Below, piece by piece: positions 12,916 through 25,838 of a stretch of DNA of 64,000 nt. The DNA is taken from NCBI GenBank assembly GCA_039621445.1, contig CP154954.1:15890140-15954139 (forward strand). Direction: 5' to 3'. The notes below the pieces were generated by a model. That model did not search any database. It saw only the letters and a program-made list of their open reading frames with translations, and had not been told where the DNA came from. This DNA comes from Euglena gracilis. Lineage: Eukaryota. Both the position numbers and the translations under genes were made by a program. Every line of letters begins with the position of its first letter. Positions within the stretch are counted from its first letter, which is position 1.

Positions 12916-13746
12916 CTTTCTTTCTCTTCTTTCTTTATTTATATTATTTATTATCTTCTTATTTATCTTTCTTTATTCATTTTATTTATTCATTCATTTA
13001 TTTTCTTCTTTTATTCTTATTTATTATTTATTTTTATTTATTTTTTTATCATGTGCCTCATGTGCTATTTTTTTTGCTATCGCAAGCTGCAAAGCTGGAA
13101 AAGAAAAGCGTGGCAGCAGATGGGCGCCTCTGTGCCACACATTGTTGCCAGGAGGCTGGATTTGACCACCCCGGGGTGAGGAAGGGGACATCGGAGTTCC
13201 GGGTGCATTTCCAGGCAGGGACTACCCCCCGGGTCGCACCTACCACAAAAAAAATTGCCCGGAACAGAACCTTTTTGGGATTCCAGCAACATATGCACCG
13301 GCGGTGGGGGGGGGTGTCGACCCCACCACCCATAGGGTTCTGGGCACTCCCGTACCCCGGGGGGTCGTGAAACAGATCAACCGAAAAGATGCTCAAACCC
13401 CACTGTTCATCATTTCTGGAAATTCGAGGATATTGTTTCACCAGGGTTGCCTGAGAAAGAGACGTTGTGAAACCTCTGTAGGCCCATCAACGGTGCTTTG
13501 CATCAGACACTTTCAGCCCGACCCACACCCGGGCCCTAGCGTGAGACTGGCTGTTCCGCATGAAAAACAACGTCTGTGTGCTAATTTGTGAAGCCATTTC
13601 CTTTCTCCCCATCAATCATCCTTATCCTTACCATGGGCTTGAACTTTTTCCCTTGAACCTTGGGCCTTGGGTCTGGGTGAGAAGCACAGCAGAGCTCCAC
13701 ACTTGTGGCATAAAAAATGAGCGGCTCCTGCCGTCAGGGTTTGAAC

Positions 13747-14029
13747 CATGCTTGTGCTTCCCAGCGGGGGGGGGGGTGGATGCTCTAGGGTGCCTGCCCC
13801 TAGCAGGCACACCCCCAGGGGGGGGTCGGGGGGGACCCAGAAAATTTTCATTGAAAATGGCCTTTTCCGGGCCCGCGGCGCCAAAGGCGCTGGGGTCGGA
13901 GGGGGGGTGCCTGCTAGGGGCAGGCACCCCCAAAACCCCACCCCCCGGGGGGGTCGGATTGGGTGCTATGGGGTGCCTGCCCCTAGCACCCCCCCCTGTG
14001 GGGTAGGCACCCGACTAAGCACAAGCCTG
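13747..14029. mobile_element. hAT-like MITE (CAT/CAG...CTG, 8-bp TSD)
   Basis: TIR CATGCTTGTGCTT / AAGCACAAGCCTG. Perfect TSD GTTTGAAC at 13739-13746 and 14030-14037. Internal palindromic GTGCCTGCCCCTAGCA repeats. Confidence 0.9.
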
Positions 14030-15976
14030 GTTTGAACCAAACTTGTCAGGGTGAGCAACCCGACGGAAGCTACCACACGTTCCCCTCCAGCTTGCACAAC
14101 AAGGAAAATATCAGTCAGCCACCTCCTTCTCCGGGTGAGCCAGTAAACAAGCAAACAGCAAACTGCGGGGCGGGGCAGCTCGGCAGACAACCTGAGCCTA
14201 AGCCTCAGCAGGAGCCGTTGGGCTGACCCAGCAGAGGAAGGGGCAACAGACAAGACTGGAAAGCCTTGGGAGAGAAGGTTTTCTTTACCAAGCACCCCTT
14301 GGCTCCATCGTGGCAGGGACGAATTGTACGCCTCCCGGGGGGGGGCAGAGTCATGAATATCGCTGAAAAGTTGGTGGATTCGACCACCAACCCGTATTGA
14401 AAAACAAGCGCAACCTTCTTTATCCCAAGGGTTCATTTTTTCAACACAGACACATAACTCCCTCCAATTGCAAACACCTGGGGGTCTTGAAATGCTGCCT
14501 GAATATAAACATGGGGGATTAAAGTTGACAGCATCTGTTCATATGGACAAATGGTTCATCCGGCGGGGGGATACCATGTGGTTCCACCTGGGCCCCACTT
14601 TCGGGGAAAGTCGTGACCCTTCAGATAGGATCAGGGTCATGGCCGGACTGCTGTGGACTCTCTTTTTTTTTGGATTCCGGAAGAAGTTAGTTTCCGGAAG
14701 GATTCCGGAAGAAGTTTTTGGGGATTTTTTTCCTTAAAAAATGATCCCTGTTTGACACATGGCCTTGGCTGTTCATCACACAGGGAAAGGGGGGTACTTT
14801 CTCTAAAAGACAGCAAATCATTTCAGTGACACAACGAACAAAACGTGTCAAACAAAAAGACAAAAAGTGTCAAACAAAATGATTGCTGAGTCCTGATGAT
14901 CATGACTATGACGATTTCATGCCAGGTGGGAGGATTAGGGCTAAGACACAAAATTGAATGGGGAAAACAGAGCTTCTTGTTTTGAGAAAAGTATCATCGA
15001 CTTTAGGATGGCATTACACAGAAACCGTGAAGATTTCGACTCCCTGAGTTATCACGCTGAGAAGAGGCAAAGGACTCGTTGGCAGAGAAACCACTGACAG
15101 GTTCGACAGCATCCGGAGGAAATTGTGAGTGTATTCAAGCCCGCTCCCAATCAGGTCTGGCTTCAGGGCAGGAGAGCCCAATGGCGTGCTGGGTTGCCCA
15201 CCTGCCGTTCTCTGCTCTGCAGGAGAGGATATCGTATAGCAAGGCCCATTGCAAGACAGCCGGTGCAATGAGCCGCGGGTCGGAGAGAGGGTGGACATAA
15301 CACAGCAGCATCCCACTGGGCGAAGTGTAATGCGACGCTGCATCCCCATAGGAGGGGGAAATGAGCGGGGGTCAAAAGAGGGTGTGAACTTCCTGAAAAG
15401 TCGGGATAGGCCATTCACCAGGAAATAAATCATCCTGCAATGTGATCACAGAGTTAGACGACGACACATCATTCTGGCAGACAAAGAAGCCATACCAATG
15501 AAAACAAGGTCAGGTCCTTTGACGTGTCCACACTAAAATTGCAGTTGACCATACGTTGGTGTGGCTTCTGTGTCTGAAGAGCTCCCATGCACAAACATGT
15601 GGGAAGACCAACAAATAATTGTTATTTGGCGACAAAATTTTCTAACAATTCCGAAACTAGGAAAACGAAATGCAATACACCACATCCCTCACCCTGCGGA
15701 CAAGAAAACATTTGAAACTTGTGGATGAATGAAAAACTGCAAAAAACCAGCAAATGAATGAAAAACTTGGTGCCTTTTCCACCCTGTCAAACGTACAGTA
15801 CAGGGCGAGGCTGCACTTGTTATCAAGGTACTCTTTCGTGTCGAAATCCAATGTTTTTTCATTCAAATGTTCTTATTTTTGTTGATATCCCCGGTCGATT
15901 CCTCATTGCATTGCCTTGGTCAAGTCAGCACTAATCTCTTAAGTGTTTGAACAAATACCTTTCTCTGCATGTTAAC

Positions 15977-16290
<314 letters not shown>

Positions 16291-18201
16291 TTTACAGGTT
16301 GGTCGGGCTGCAGCTGTATGTATGAAGGTCAGAAATTCACTAGGACCATTCAACAGGCTCAAAAACATTGAAAAAAACTGCAGTATGCTTCGAAAGAAAA
16401 TTTTAAAAATCGTGCAAAAAATTAACCCCAGAAAAAAATTGAACAAGCGAGAGAAAATTGCAAGCGATCAGAATAATTGCAAGCGAATGCAAAAGATGAA
16501 ATGTCAACTGTGAAAGAAAAATTAAAAAAAGGTCAAAAAAAGTGAAAATTACTCAAAAAACACTGGAATGCACGTTTGTGATTTTTTGCACAAAATACAA
16601 AAAAAAATGTTAAAATGCACAGCACATCCCTCCTTGCTGCCTGTCTGTAGGTCTGTCTCTCTGCTTGTCTGTTCTCCGGGAGTCGCACAACAACCCCACT
16701 GGCAGGGGTCTTGGCCAGAGCGTCGCAAATTTGGGCTGGAAGGGATGCTGCCCCCCTTTCTCAGTCCTGGGTTCCGGATTGGGCGAATGGGGCCAAAAAA
16801 GTCCTGTAAATCAAAGAATCCGTGACCCAATTTGCGATCCAAGGGGGAAGAGAATGCTGCCAGTTGGTTCATCCCTGCCCTTACAAACCCACGAATTAGT
16901 AGGATTTTGTTGGATTGAAGGGGGATTGTAGGGTGGGATATTTCTCGAATTGTTGCCCCAAACACCCAAATAAAGCCGATGAATGGTACTTTTAACAAAG
17001 TTCGTCAAAATCGAATCGCATTGAATAGAAATTATATAAAAAAAAACTTCAGTCCCTTGGTATTTTGAAGGTTTTGTGAACTTCCTCAGATGCCCTCTGT
17101 TTCTTTACCAGAGGTGGGGGGAATTATTGATGAGGTTGTTATGGGGTGGGTAGATCCCCAAAGCCCTCATCACACCCGAGACTGGGTTGCACGCAGTGGG
17201 ACGCTGCCTCTTCACCACAAGCACAGCATGCGTGTGGCGTGGACTCGGCGGCAGCAACCATCCTGCGACCCCACCCCAAACCCCCTGCCAATTTTCAGCA
17301 GAAAATGCAAAGCTCGACCCCCCAAAAACAACGGGGTTACCAGACGAAGAAGCAGCAGAGTCCAATTCTAATTCCCAAATGTCGCGATAGGTCGGTGTAG
17401 GTCACTATCCACTCATTGTTTGCCCACTGAACCCCTTAGGGCGTTAGGGCGTTTAGCTCATTCATATTATCCCTACCGCTTGGCCAGCACCAATGAAGGC
17501 TAGGGGCAAACCAATTATCGAATCAACATTGAGAACAGAGGCCCCTGAAAACAAAAGGGGGGCAAAACTAATGCCACAATAAAAAAATCACTCCACCATC
17601 AAATATTTCTATTCCACCATCAAAATTTTCCATACCACCATTAAAAAAAAATCACCCCCCACACCCCCCAAAACACTCCCCAAAGCAGCCAAAGCTGACA
17701 TTTTTTGGTTAAAACAACGAAAATGCGAATTGGCATCTAAACTGACCCCAAACATTGGAGAACTCATTTTCTCGGAGAGGGGCTGAAAATTCCATCTGAA
17801 ACGGAAGGACAATAACTCCAATCAGCTCCGCAGAAGCTACCACGGGACACAAGGTGGTGGCTGTCCAAGTTCGCAGGTGTACAAAAGAGGTAGCGAGGGG
17901 ACGGGAAAGTCCGTACACAGGTTGTCGGTCTTTAGAGTCGATCATGAGGTCGCTTGGACCACAAATTGAGGGCCATCGCAAGGGTCCTGGGGCCAGGGGT
18001 CAGGTTCGGAAACGAGGAAGAACTATTGGCCCTAAAATTTGGAGAACAAACAAAAAAGGGGAGCGTCTTTGAAATATGGGGGGGGGGCAGAAGTATGCAA
18101 TTCTAGGAGATCTTCATGGAAAATCCGATAAAATCAACAGAACAATGATTGAAATGGTAGATCACGAAATGCGCGCTTTCCTTTTTTACCCGCCTCGTTT
18201 A

Positions 18202-18418
18202 AACCCCCAAAATAGCCTGGCGGGGTGTTGGAACCAGCTTTTGGCTCTGCCCCCCTGCCAGGTTATTTGGGCCCTTTTTTCAGCATCGAAAAGGAATTTT
18301 GCCTTAAAAAGGGGTTCCAAATTACTGGAACCATCTTTTTTGTCTGCCCCCCCCCCCGCCAAGCTATTCGGCCACTGACAGGAGCAAGGGCCCCGCCAGG
18401 TTATTTGGGAGGGGGGTT
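18202..18418. mobile_element. MITE, second copy of the 7140-7370 family
   Basis: TIRs AACCCCCAAAATAGCCTGGCGGGG / CCCCGCCAGGTTATTTGGG..GGTT. Confidence 0.75.
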
Positions 18419-18589
18419 TGTACTCCGGGAGTTAGACGAAAAGTGAACACCCGCAGACACACACACCGCTGCACTGCAAACTGAACATTGCCAAAGGACC
18501 TTCAAAGGAATACGGATTGTGCACCATGTGGTGGTGGGCTGCCACCTTCCTGGGCGACATGGGGGGAGGCAGGCTGGGACCCATCAGAG

Positions 18590-20508
18590 GGGGATCAGAG
18601 GCAGGCAGACCCTCACCGCGGCATCAGTTGCCTGTCTGTCAGAGGATCTGCCTGGCCGCCATGTACCTCGGGCCGCAGGAGTGTGTGGGAGAGTGGCACG
18701 TCAGCCGCAGCGATGACAATGCCATGCTCTGCCGGCGAGACAGTCCCACCCATGCTGTTGCTTAGCTTGAATGAGTGGCAGGCAAGCACCCACAGTCATC
18801 CAGAATCCCAGACCCAGTCATGCCCGCTCACGCCCGGTCATTTCATAGGTGCTTGGTGGCAAGCACTCACTCGGGAGGTACGCTGGACAAGTCAGGTTTT
18901 GGGGCAAAAATACAAACTCCCCCCCAAAACAAAACCACACAACGCAACGTCAAGAGAAACGCAGACGCCAGAAACCAGACGCCCTGCCAAAAGGGGTTAA
19001 TCGGTTTCCCCAAACCAACAGACCAAAAAAAAGCAGTCAGGAGGGGGAGGGCAGGCATAAGCAACCCTGCACGTCCCCACATCCGACAAGCACGGTGCGG
19101 GGACGGGCGGGTGAGCGGCGCCGACGGGCCCGCCGCCCAGTCAGCCCGGGGAGCCCCGGCGAGCCGCAGCCCGCAGTGCGGGGGGCAGCAGTCCAGCACC
19201 CCGAGGGCCAGGGGTTCGGGGGCGGGCAGGGAGCTGGCAGCCCTGTCCCCCAAAGGCGCGGGCCTGTAGTGTAACGCAGCTACTGACCCCCCCGGCACAG
19301 CAACGTTGGAACGTTCCAAAATAGAATCTCTGTCCAATGTTCAATTATCCACGTCTGCCAATGTCAGGCAAAACTTACAAAAAATCACATGGGAATCCGG
19401 CCTCGCAGGCTGATACCGAGGCCGCCAATGGTGCTCCACGGCAGCGGAGGAGAGGACTGGGAGCCGTAGGGGGACTTGGGGGAACGACGAGGGGGGAGAG
19501 GGCCCCCAGGTTTGGACGGGTCGGGACTTGGGAGCAGTGCTGGGCACCACGCTGGCCATGAGACAGCAACTCCCTGCCGACCATGAGCTGTCTGTGGTCA
19601 AAGCAGGCAGTAATTATTTCAGGGCACCTAAAAAAAAACCTTAAAAAACCAGAAAACTGGCCAAAATGTTGAAAAAACCCTTAAAACTCCAAAAAAAAAA
19701 ACTCTTAAAAATCATTCTGGCAAAGCTTGTTCCTGACGAGCAAAAACGATGTTGCAAAACTCGACAAAAAAGCAAACCAACTCCGGGAAAAAATGATTTA
19801 TGGCACCACTCTAACTGGGGAAAATGGGTTTCAACTTTTTTGCTAATTTTGGACCCCATTTGATGCCCAGGCGGACCCTAAAAAATATCCTGGGAATCTA
19901 AAGAATCCTAAAACACCGAAAACCCCAAAGAAAGAAAATCCGAAGAAAAAAATACTAAAGCAAACCTGCAAAATGCCTACTTTAAAACCTTGGAAATGTT
20001 TCAAAATATTTGACTTAAAAAATAATGCCTGAAAGCAGGGCTTTACCTACAACAGGGTGGGCGTCCGGTAAACCCCTGGATCCGTAAGAGGATGGACAGA
20101 GTGTTATGACCATGACCATACAACCACTCTTGCCTGTGCAGCGCTGGTCTGAAAAATTAAATTTGGTGGCTGGAAAGCCCGCTGAATTGAAAGCAACCTG
20201 CCCTCCATCTCAGGTAGGGTGAATCTCCTCTGCTGCCACCCCACAGCCAAAAAAAATGGGGGCTGTGGACGGCACGCACCCTCCCATTGCCCAAATACCT
20301 CATCGGTTTCGGCCGCTTTCACAAAAGCATCGACAAACTTTTTTGCATCGTATGGCACACCCGTGTGGCTGCAAAGAGTGGGAATTAACGTCGTCAATGC
20401 ATGCGAGAACGTGGCAACTACTGCCAGTTTTATCTTTCGCTGGTGTGACCGATTCAAAAGCATTCCCGCTGGCGCTCGTGGGTCCGCCCACCCTTGCAAA
20501 TTTGTCAG
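18590..20508. repeat. Segmental/TE duplication, copy 2
   Basis: Direct repeat of 1-1900 with scattered substitutions and an extra ~35 bp at ~19412-19446. Confidence 0.95.
19608..20031. mobile_element. Duplicated copy of the 978-1421 hAT-like element
   Basis: Same ends. TSD AAAGCAGG at 19600-19607 and 20032-20039. Confidence 0.85.
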
Positions 20509-20679
20509 CCAGCAATGCCTCCTGCCACGACGAGAGTATGATGAGCCTGCAAGACGGAGAGCGGGGGCAGGCCACAATATCGGTTAGCGAAATGTTGCTA
20601 CCAACCCCTCTGCCGTAGAGTCTCCCGGATGGAATTGGCTTGATGTGGGGTTGAGCCAGGCATTAGAAGAATGTCGAAA
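20299..20679 (-). pseudogene. Degenerate exon of an unidentified spliced gene (partial copy at 1691-1900)
   Basis: Minus-strand acceptor TTTTTTCCCTTCAG| and donor GAG|GTATTT. Protein-like text (KIKLAVVATFSHALTT...FVDAFVKAAETDE) but with stops and a frameshift. Further remnants at ~21225-21500 and ~18500-20150. Confidence 0.5.
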
Positions 20680-21084
20680 CTGAAGGGAAAAAAAGCCATC
20701 TGCAAATCGTGTAAAAGAAAATCGATTTTGACCAATTTTTGAGCTAGGCAGGACATATCCGACGTATCCGATTTTTACCAATTTTCCCCCGTTTGCCCCG
20801 TTTTGACCCATGCGCTTTGTCTTTGAAGAAAAAATACACTACACTGCAGCCGCCCTTCAGGTGCTGGACAGGAGGGGATCCGAGGCTGGGAAAAGACGCT
20901 GGCTGGCTGGCTGGCTGGACACACCAGGGTCCAGCAAAAGTTCCCGTGCCTCTCCAATCAATATCACAAAACCGGGTTTCTTCCCCCCATGTGCATGGTC
21001 AAGATTGGATATGAGGCCAGGGGATGAAGGCAACTTCACATGCGCGCGCACACATACACACACGCGCGCGAACGTGCATGCACA

Positions 21085-21228
<144 letters not shown>

Positions 21229-21787
21229 GCAGTTGAGGTGGCAGGCAACGATCTTCAGGGTCTGCTTCGGAGCCGCGCAGCTGCAGCCACAGGTCGGACT
21301 TGCCGGGGAGCTGCTGCAAGAGGCTGAACGGGGCGGCCATATTTGGGAGGGGGGCCGGGGCAAAGAATAGCCGGAGAACCCTGTCAGAAGAGAGCAGGCG
21401 TACATCTGGGGTTTCTGCGGAAGCCGACACGCTGGGCACAGCACCCAAATCGCACCCTGTGCACCATTTTTCCAGGTCAGGTGGAGGTGGTGTTAACGGG
21501 CGGGGCCCCAGGACCACAATCCAAAAACGTGGATTTGTTCCTACCAGTGCTTTGAGCCAAAGGTCACAACATTGATGTACTTTTGCACAAAACGCACCTT
21601 CCTTGTGACCAATTTACATTTTTGTTCACCATTTTTCGGCAAAAATTCAGCTGTTTGCCCTTTTTGCCTTTTTGGACCAAAAATTACATGTCCATTGCAT
21701 AAAACTGTCACAAAACGATACATTTTGCGATTTTCCGTGTCGACTGACGCTTGCATGGCACCTCTCGACGCACACTGCAGGTACACT

Positions 21788-22024
21788 TGGTGGTGGTTGG
21801 GTGGGTGGGTGGTGGAGGTGGTGTTGGTGGGTGGGTGAGTGGGTGGGTGGGTCGTTGTGTGGGTGGGTGGGTGGGTGGGTGGGTGGGTGGGTCGTTGGAT
21901 GGGTGGGTGGGTGGATGGGTGGGTAGGTGGGTGGATGGGTGGGTAGGTGGGTGGATGGGTGGGTAGGTGGTGGTGGTGGTGGTGGCGGTGGCAGCGGCGG
22001 TGGTTGGTCGTGGTGGTGATGGTG
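21788..22024. repeat. (GGGT)n/(GGT)n G-rich tract abutting the RT remnant
   Basis: Direct observation. G-quadruplex-compatible. Confidence 0.9.
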
Positions 22025-22770
22025 GTGGCCATCTTCGATTTTTCCACCAAAGGTGGCCAAAGGCATAGCCACCTTCGAGTCTTCCACCATGTACACCACC
22101 TTCAGCCAAAACACAATTGTGAGGCCTGCAAAAAACAAAGCAGAAAGAGGCCTCCCGCTGCCGGTTCCGAGATGTCAAACACGATGGAAGGCGGCTGGGT
22201 GTTCGGCACGGGTTGGAGCTACAAGGAAGTGGAGGCCATGATTCGCTTCAGCCTGGCGACTGCATACACAATCAACGGCGGGCAGGTGGGACGGCAGATC
22301 CAGGGCCATGCCCCATTGCTTGCCAATCATCGTCGAGCGCAACCACGTCCTAACCATCAACAAACAAAGCATCATCTGCTGCTACATCGATTACTTCTTC
22401 GTCAGAGCCAGCACGGCTCCGCCACCACAAGAGTCGTTTGGCATGACCCTCAACCAGACCTCACAGACCCTGCTGAAGTTTTCTCCCTCGGTGTCCGCTG
22501 CCGCATCATCGACGACCGCCTACGTACCACGCTCTTCGACCGCGAGGAGGAGTCCCCTTCCATACCCCGAGTGAGACACCACCGACCCCGCCCGCAGCTT
22601 GGTGGGGTGCTGATAGGGCGCTCCATCGCAGGCTAGGAAGCATTCTCCCATATGCGGGACTTCAAAGAGAGCGTAGCCAACGTCGCCCACCATGCCTTGT
22701 GGCAGGGGTACCCTGAGAAACTCGATTGTTCGGTCTGGAGCTGCTTCCTGCAACGCCGGTGGCAGGCCTC
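22025..22770 (+). pseudogene. Degenerate reverse transcriptase of a Penelope-like retroelement (Naiad/Chlamys-like)
   Basis: Ordered motifs across frameshifts: VAIFDFST / STMYTTF (motif A), MIRFSL..AYTINGGQVGRQIQG..APLLAN (motif B), ICCYIDYFFV (decayed YIDD), RTTLFDREEE, QLGGVLIGR, SHMRDFKESV...QGYPEKL..SVWSCFLQRRW (thumb). Confidence 0.75.
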
Positions 22771-23529
22771 CGGTGTACTGCTGTGTAGCTCCAATACCTG
22801 CGCTCCACTGCCCCCCAAAACCCAGGTACCCAGCCCCACACATCAGGCAAGCCAACAACCCATTGTTCTGGCAGACCTTTGGTCCCACACCGACCGCAAC
22901 CCCTGCCCCCGCAAGTCCCCCCAGTTCCACCTCCAGGCAGTCAAGTGCGCGATCGCAGCTTGTGCCTGGACACCCTGGCGGCCACACTGCCTCTGGGAGC
23001 CCCCACCGTCAAGGCCGTGGAAGGGCTGGTCGCCCCTCGGCACCCTCCGGATTGGCACCGGCTCCGCGAGGAGGGCTGCTCGAGGCCTCAGAGGAGTCCT
23101 CTGCTGTGGTCAGCTGGATGCCTTGGCCGTAGGGTTGGGAAATGGCTGCAAACCCTCCGAACCGAAACCGGACCGCCCCGGCAATGGCGCGTCATCGGTC
23201 CCTGGTGCCGGTGGTGTACCGTGCGGCTCTTAGGTGTGGACCTCCTCCATCAACTGCGGTGTGATCCAAGAGGGGGCCCCGGGGGCAAGGTGCCGTCCCA
23301 AGTGTTGCCGTTGAGGCCGTCACCCGCCCCCCTCATGCACGGTGGGATACAGAAGGATGCCCTGGAGGCCGTGGCCAGCCCTCGAAGGTGCCGAGGCCTT
23401 GACCAGCCCTCCCCGCGCAGGCACCATCCCGGAGGGTGCCTCAGAGGTAGGACAGTGCTCGCAGCTACCGCCGGCGCCAGAATTCAATGGGGCCCACCGA
23501 TGTGTGTTGGAAAAGCCAGTGTTGGTGGA

Positions 23530-23605
23530 CCCATGCCCGTTCCGGTGCAATTGCCCACGCCCATGCCAGTGCCAGTGCCGGTGCCAGTGCAAGTCCCCGT
23601 GCCAG
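23530..23605 (+). other. VPVP-rich coding-like tract
   Basis: PMPVPVQLPTPMPVPVPVPVQVPVP. Confidence 0.45.
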
Positions 23606-24146
23606 GGAGGGGGGGGAGATCGGTGGGTGAGAGAGCCTCGCTCTCTCCGTGTCGTCTGTGGCCTGGCAACCCCCGGTCAAGTGACATTGCGGCGTCACCC
23701 TCCCGGGACCAATTGGCCTCACACGCGGGCAGCATCCTTTCGGACTCGACTCTACTGCTCTCCCTGCATGGGTAGCAGGGGCGCCCAAGTGACCACACGC
23801 CCGAGGGCGTGTGGGTGTCTGGCAGGCCCTTCCGGGGCCATGTTCCAGGACACTCGTCCACCTTGCTTGGGCGACTTTAGGTGGGTAGGATCCACCCTGC
23901 CGCCGTGGGGTGTCCGGGACTGTGCAGCCCTGGCCGGGGGTCGGTGGTCTCTGCAGGGCACTGGGGGCTCGCTGGGGCCGGGTTGTTCGTGGCCGCCTGG
24001 GCACCCGGGCAACCGAGTGCGGCTTGTCGTGGCCCCTTGGGCAGCCCTCCTCCGCTGCAGCTCCCTGTCAGCGGCCCCCAGTGCCCCTCGAGACCCCGGA
24101 CCGCCGGCCGGAGCTGCTCAGCTGCAGGCACCCGCCGGGCCGCATG

Positions 24147-24855
24147 CAGAGGGGGGGAGAAATTGCACATCGGGAGGTCGAAAATTGCAGCGCAAAAAAA
24201 AATTGCACAAAATTGCACAAAATTGCACATACCAGAAAAGCCATACCAGAAACCAGAAAAGCTGCATATTCTGCCAATTTACCCGGTCGGTTCGCCCAAA
24301 AAGTTGCAACACAATCAGCCGTGGCAATATGCGATGGCAATACTTACGCCATTCATCCTGAATTTGTTCATCATCCAGCGGAAGACACAACAATTCATAC
24401 TTAGAAGTTACCAAGGAACAAAATACGAACCTGTTGTAGAATGCCTGTTGCTCCTTTGCCAATTGGCCGATTGGGTTTGAAACCTGAGTAAACCAATAAT
24501 AAACAGCCTTTGAACGGAAATTTTCACTACATACATCAATTTCCCAGCAAAAACTACCCCTGCTACCCATGCATTGCAAAAACTGGCTCCTACACTGGTC
24601 AAATGTGGGGGGTGGGGGGTGGGTGGGGGGGTGGGGGGGGTAGGGTAAATATCCAGTGTAAGAGCCAGTTTTTGTAATACCTCCAGCAAAAAAAGGTTAA
24701 ATTCTCAATTGCATCAAAAACTGACATTTTCCAAAACAAATGTCCTGGGCCGTGTGCAATTAATTGCACAAAATTGCAAAAAATTGCACATTTCGGGAAA
24801 ATCGAAAATTGCACAAAATTGCAAAAATTGCACGGTGCAATTCCCCCCCCCCCTG
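24147..24855 (-). mobile_element. Internally deleted hAT-like element with residual coding sequence
   Basis: TIR CAGAGGGGGGGAGAAATTGCAC / GTGCAATTCCCCCCCCCCCTG. Flanking duplication CCGCATG (7 bp). AAATTGCAC subterminal arrays. Internal LPLDDEQIQDEWRKYC. Confidence 0.8.
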
Positions 24856-25104
24856 CCGCATGGGCTTCACCTGCCTGACCGGCCGCCCCTCCTGGCCCCC
24901 CGGGGGTTGCCCGGACGGCACTGAAGCCGCTTAGGATCCTTTCGAGGCGGTCAGCCCACCCCACCCTCCTCCATCCTCACACACCGCGGGAAGCAGCGTG
25001 TGGGTTTAGGAGGGGTGCTGCCTGCGTTGGCGGCATGCCTCGGCTCCATGGCATGCCCCCAGGGTACCACCGTGCCACTGAGGCTGGAGGTGCAGGTCCG
25101 ACTT

Positions 25105-25230
25105 GGTACCCCCAAGTCCCCGTGCCAGTCCACGTGCCTGCCCCAGTCCCCATGGACCGCATCGTCCATCATGGACCCCATCTACATCCCAGTGCACATG
25201 CCGGTGGCCTGCCCAACCCACATGCCTATC
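25105..25230 (+). other. Second VPVP-rich (articulin-like) tract
   Basis: YPQVPVPVHVPAPVPMDRIV, then frameshifted to PIYIPVHMPVACPTHMPI. Confidence 0.45.
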
Positions 25231-25431
25231 CGAGGTGCAGCGGCCACCTCTAGACCAGCCAAAATATGGACTGGAGGAAAATGAACAAAAAATATACACA
25301 ACAGAAACGGCACATGAAGATTTCACCCCCCGGGCCTCAAACTGGTGAGGTTCAGTGAATGTTCATTGGTGACTTCACTTGGGAGGTCCGGGACCCCTCC
25401 TTCCATCTGCCTGACCTCCTCCGGGCCCATA

Positions 25432-25838
25432 AACCCCCCCAAAAATAAGACCGGGGGTCCATTTCATGGGTCGGTTGCTGGAAAGCCCGAGGGGGGGTCT
25501 TATTCATGGGGGGGGGGGTCCATTTTATGGATTTTTGCTGGAAAATTTCTCGACCCCCCAAAATGTCCAAAAATGCCCCCAAAATACCAATTTTCGAAAA
25601 ATTCGGTGCTTCGCGCCAGACAAATAGGAGAAAATATGCCGAATTTTTTTTGAAAACTGCCCCAAAATGGCAGATTTACCCCCCAAAAATGTCCCGTTTT
25701 TCAAAAATCCGGCGCTTCGCGCCGGCAGGGGGTGTCTTATTTATGGGGGGGGTCCATTTCATGGATTTTTGCTCGGACCGGCCATATTTTTGGGGGGGTC
25801 CATTTTATGGGGGGGGGGTCTTATTTTGGGGGGGGGGT
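25432..25838. mobile_element. TA-flanked pogo/mariner-like MITE
   Basis: TIR ACCCCCCCAAAAATAAGACC / GGTCTTATTTTGGGGGGGGGGT. Internal GGGGGTCCATTT repeats and GGCGCTTCGCGCC hairpin. Confidence 0.8.

Larger units (their letters stand above)
10380..15420 (-). pseudogene. Old, insertion-riddled third copy of the spliced element at 43.7-49 kb
   Basis: Collinear homologous blocks: 10395~44490, 12095~46228, 12485~46311, 14113~46987, 15180-15350~47865-48015. Confidence 0.65.

Noticed and set aside
14632-14749. CAGGGTCAT...ATGATCCCTG candidate hAT element
   Set aside because: Flanks show no target duplication, so it was not counted in the CAG...CTG set.
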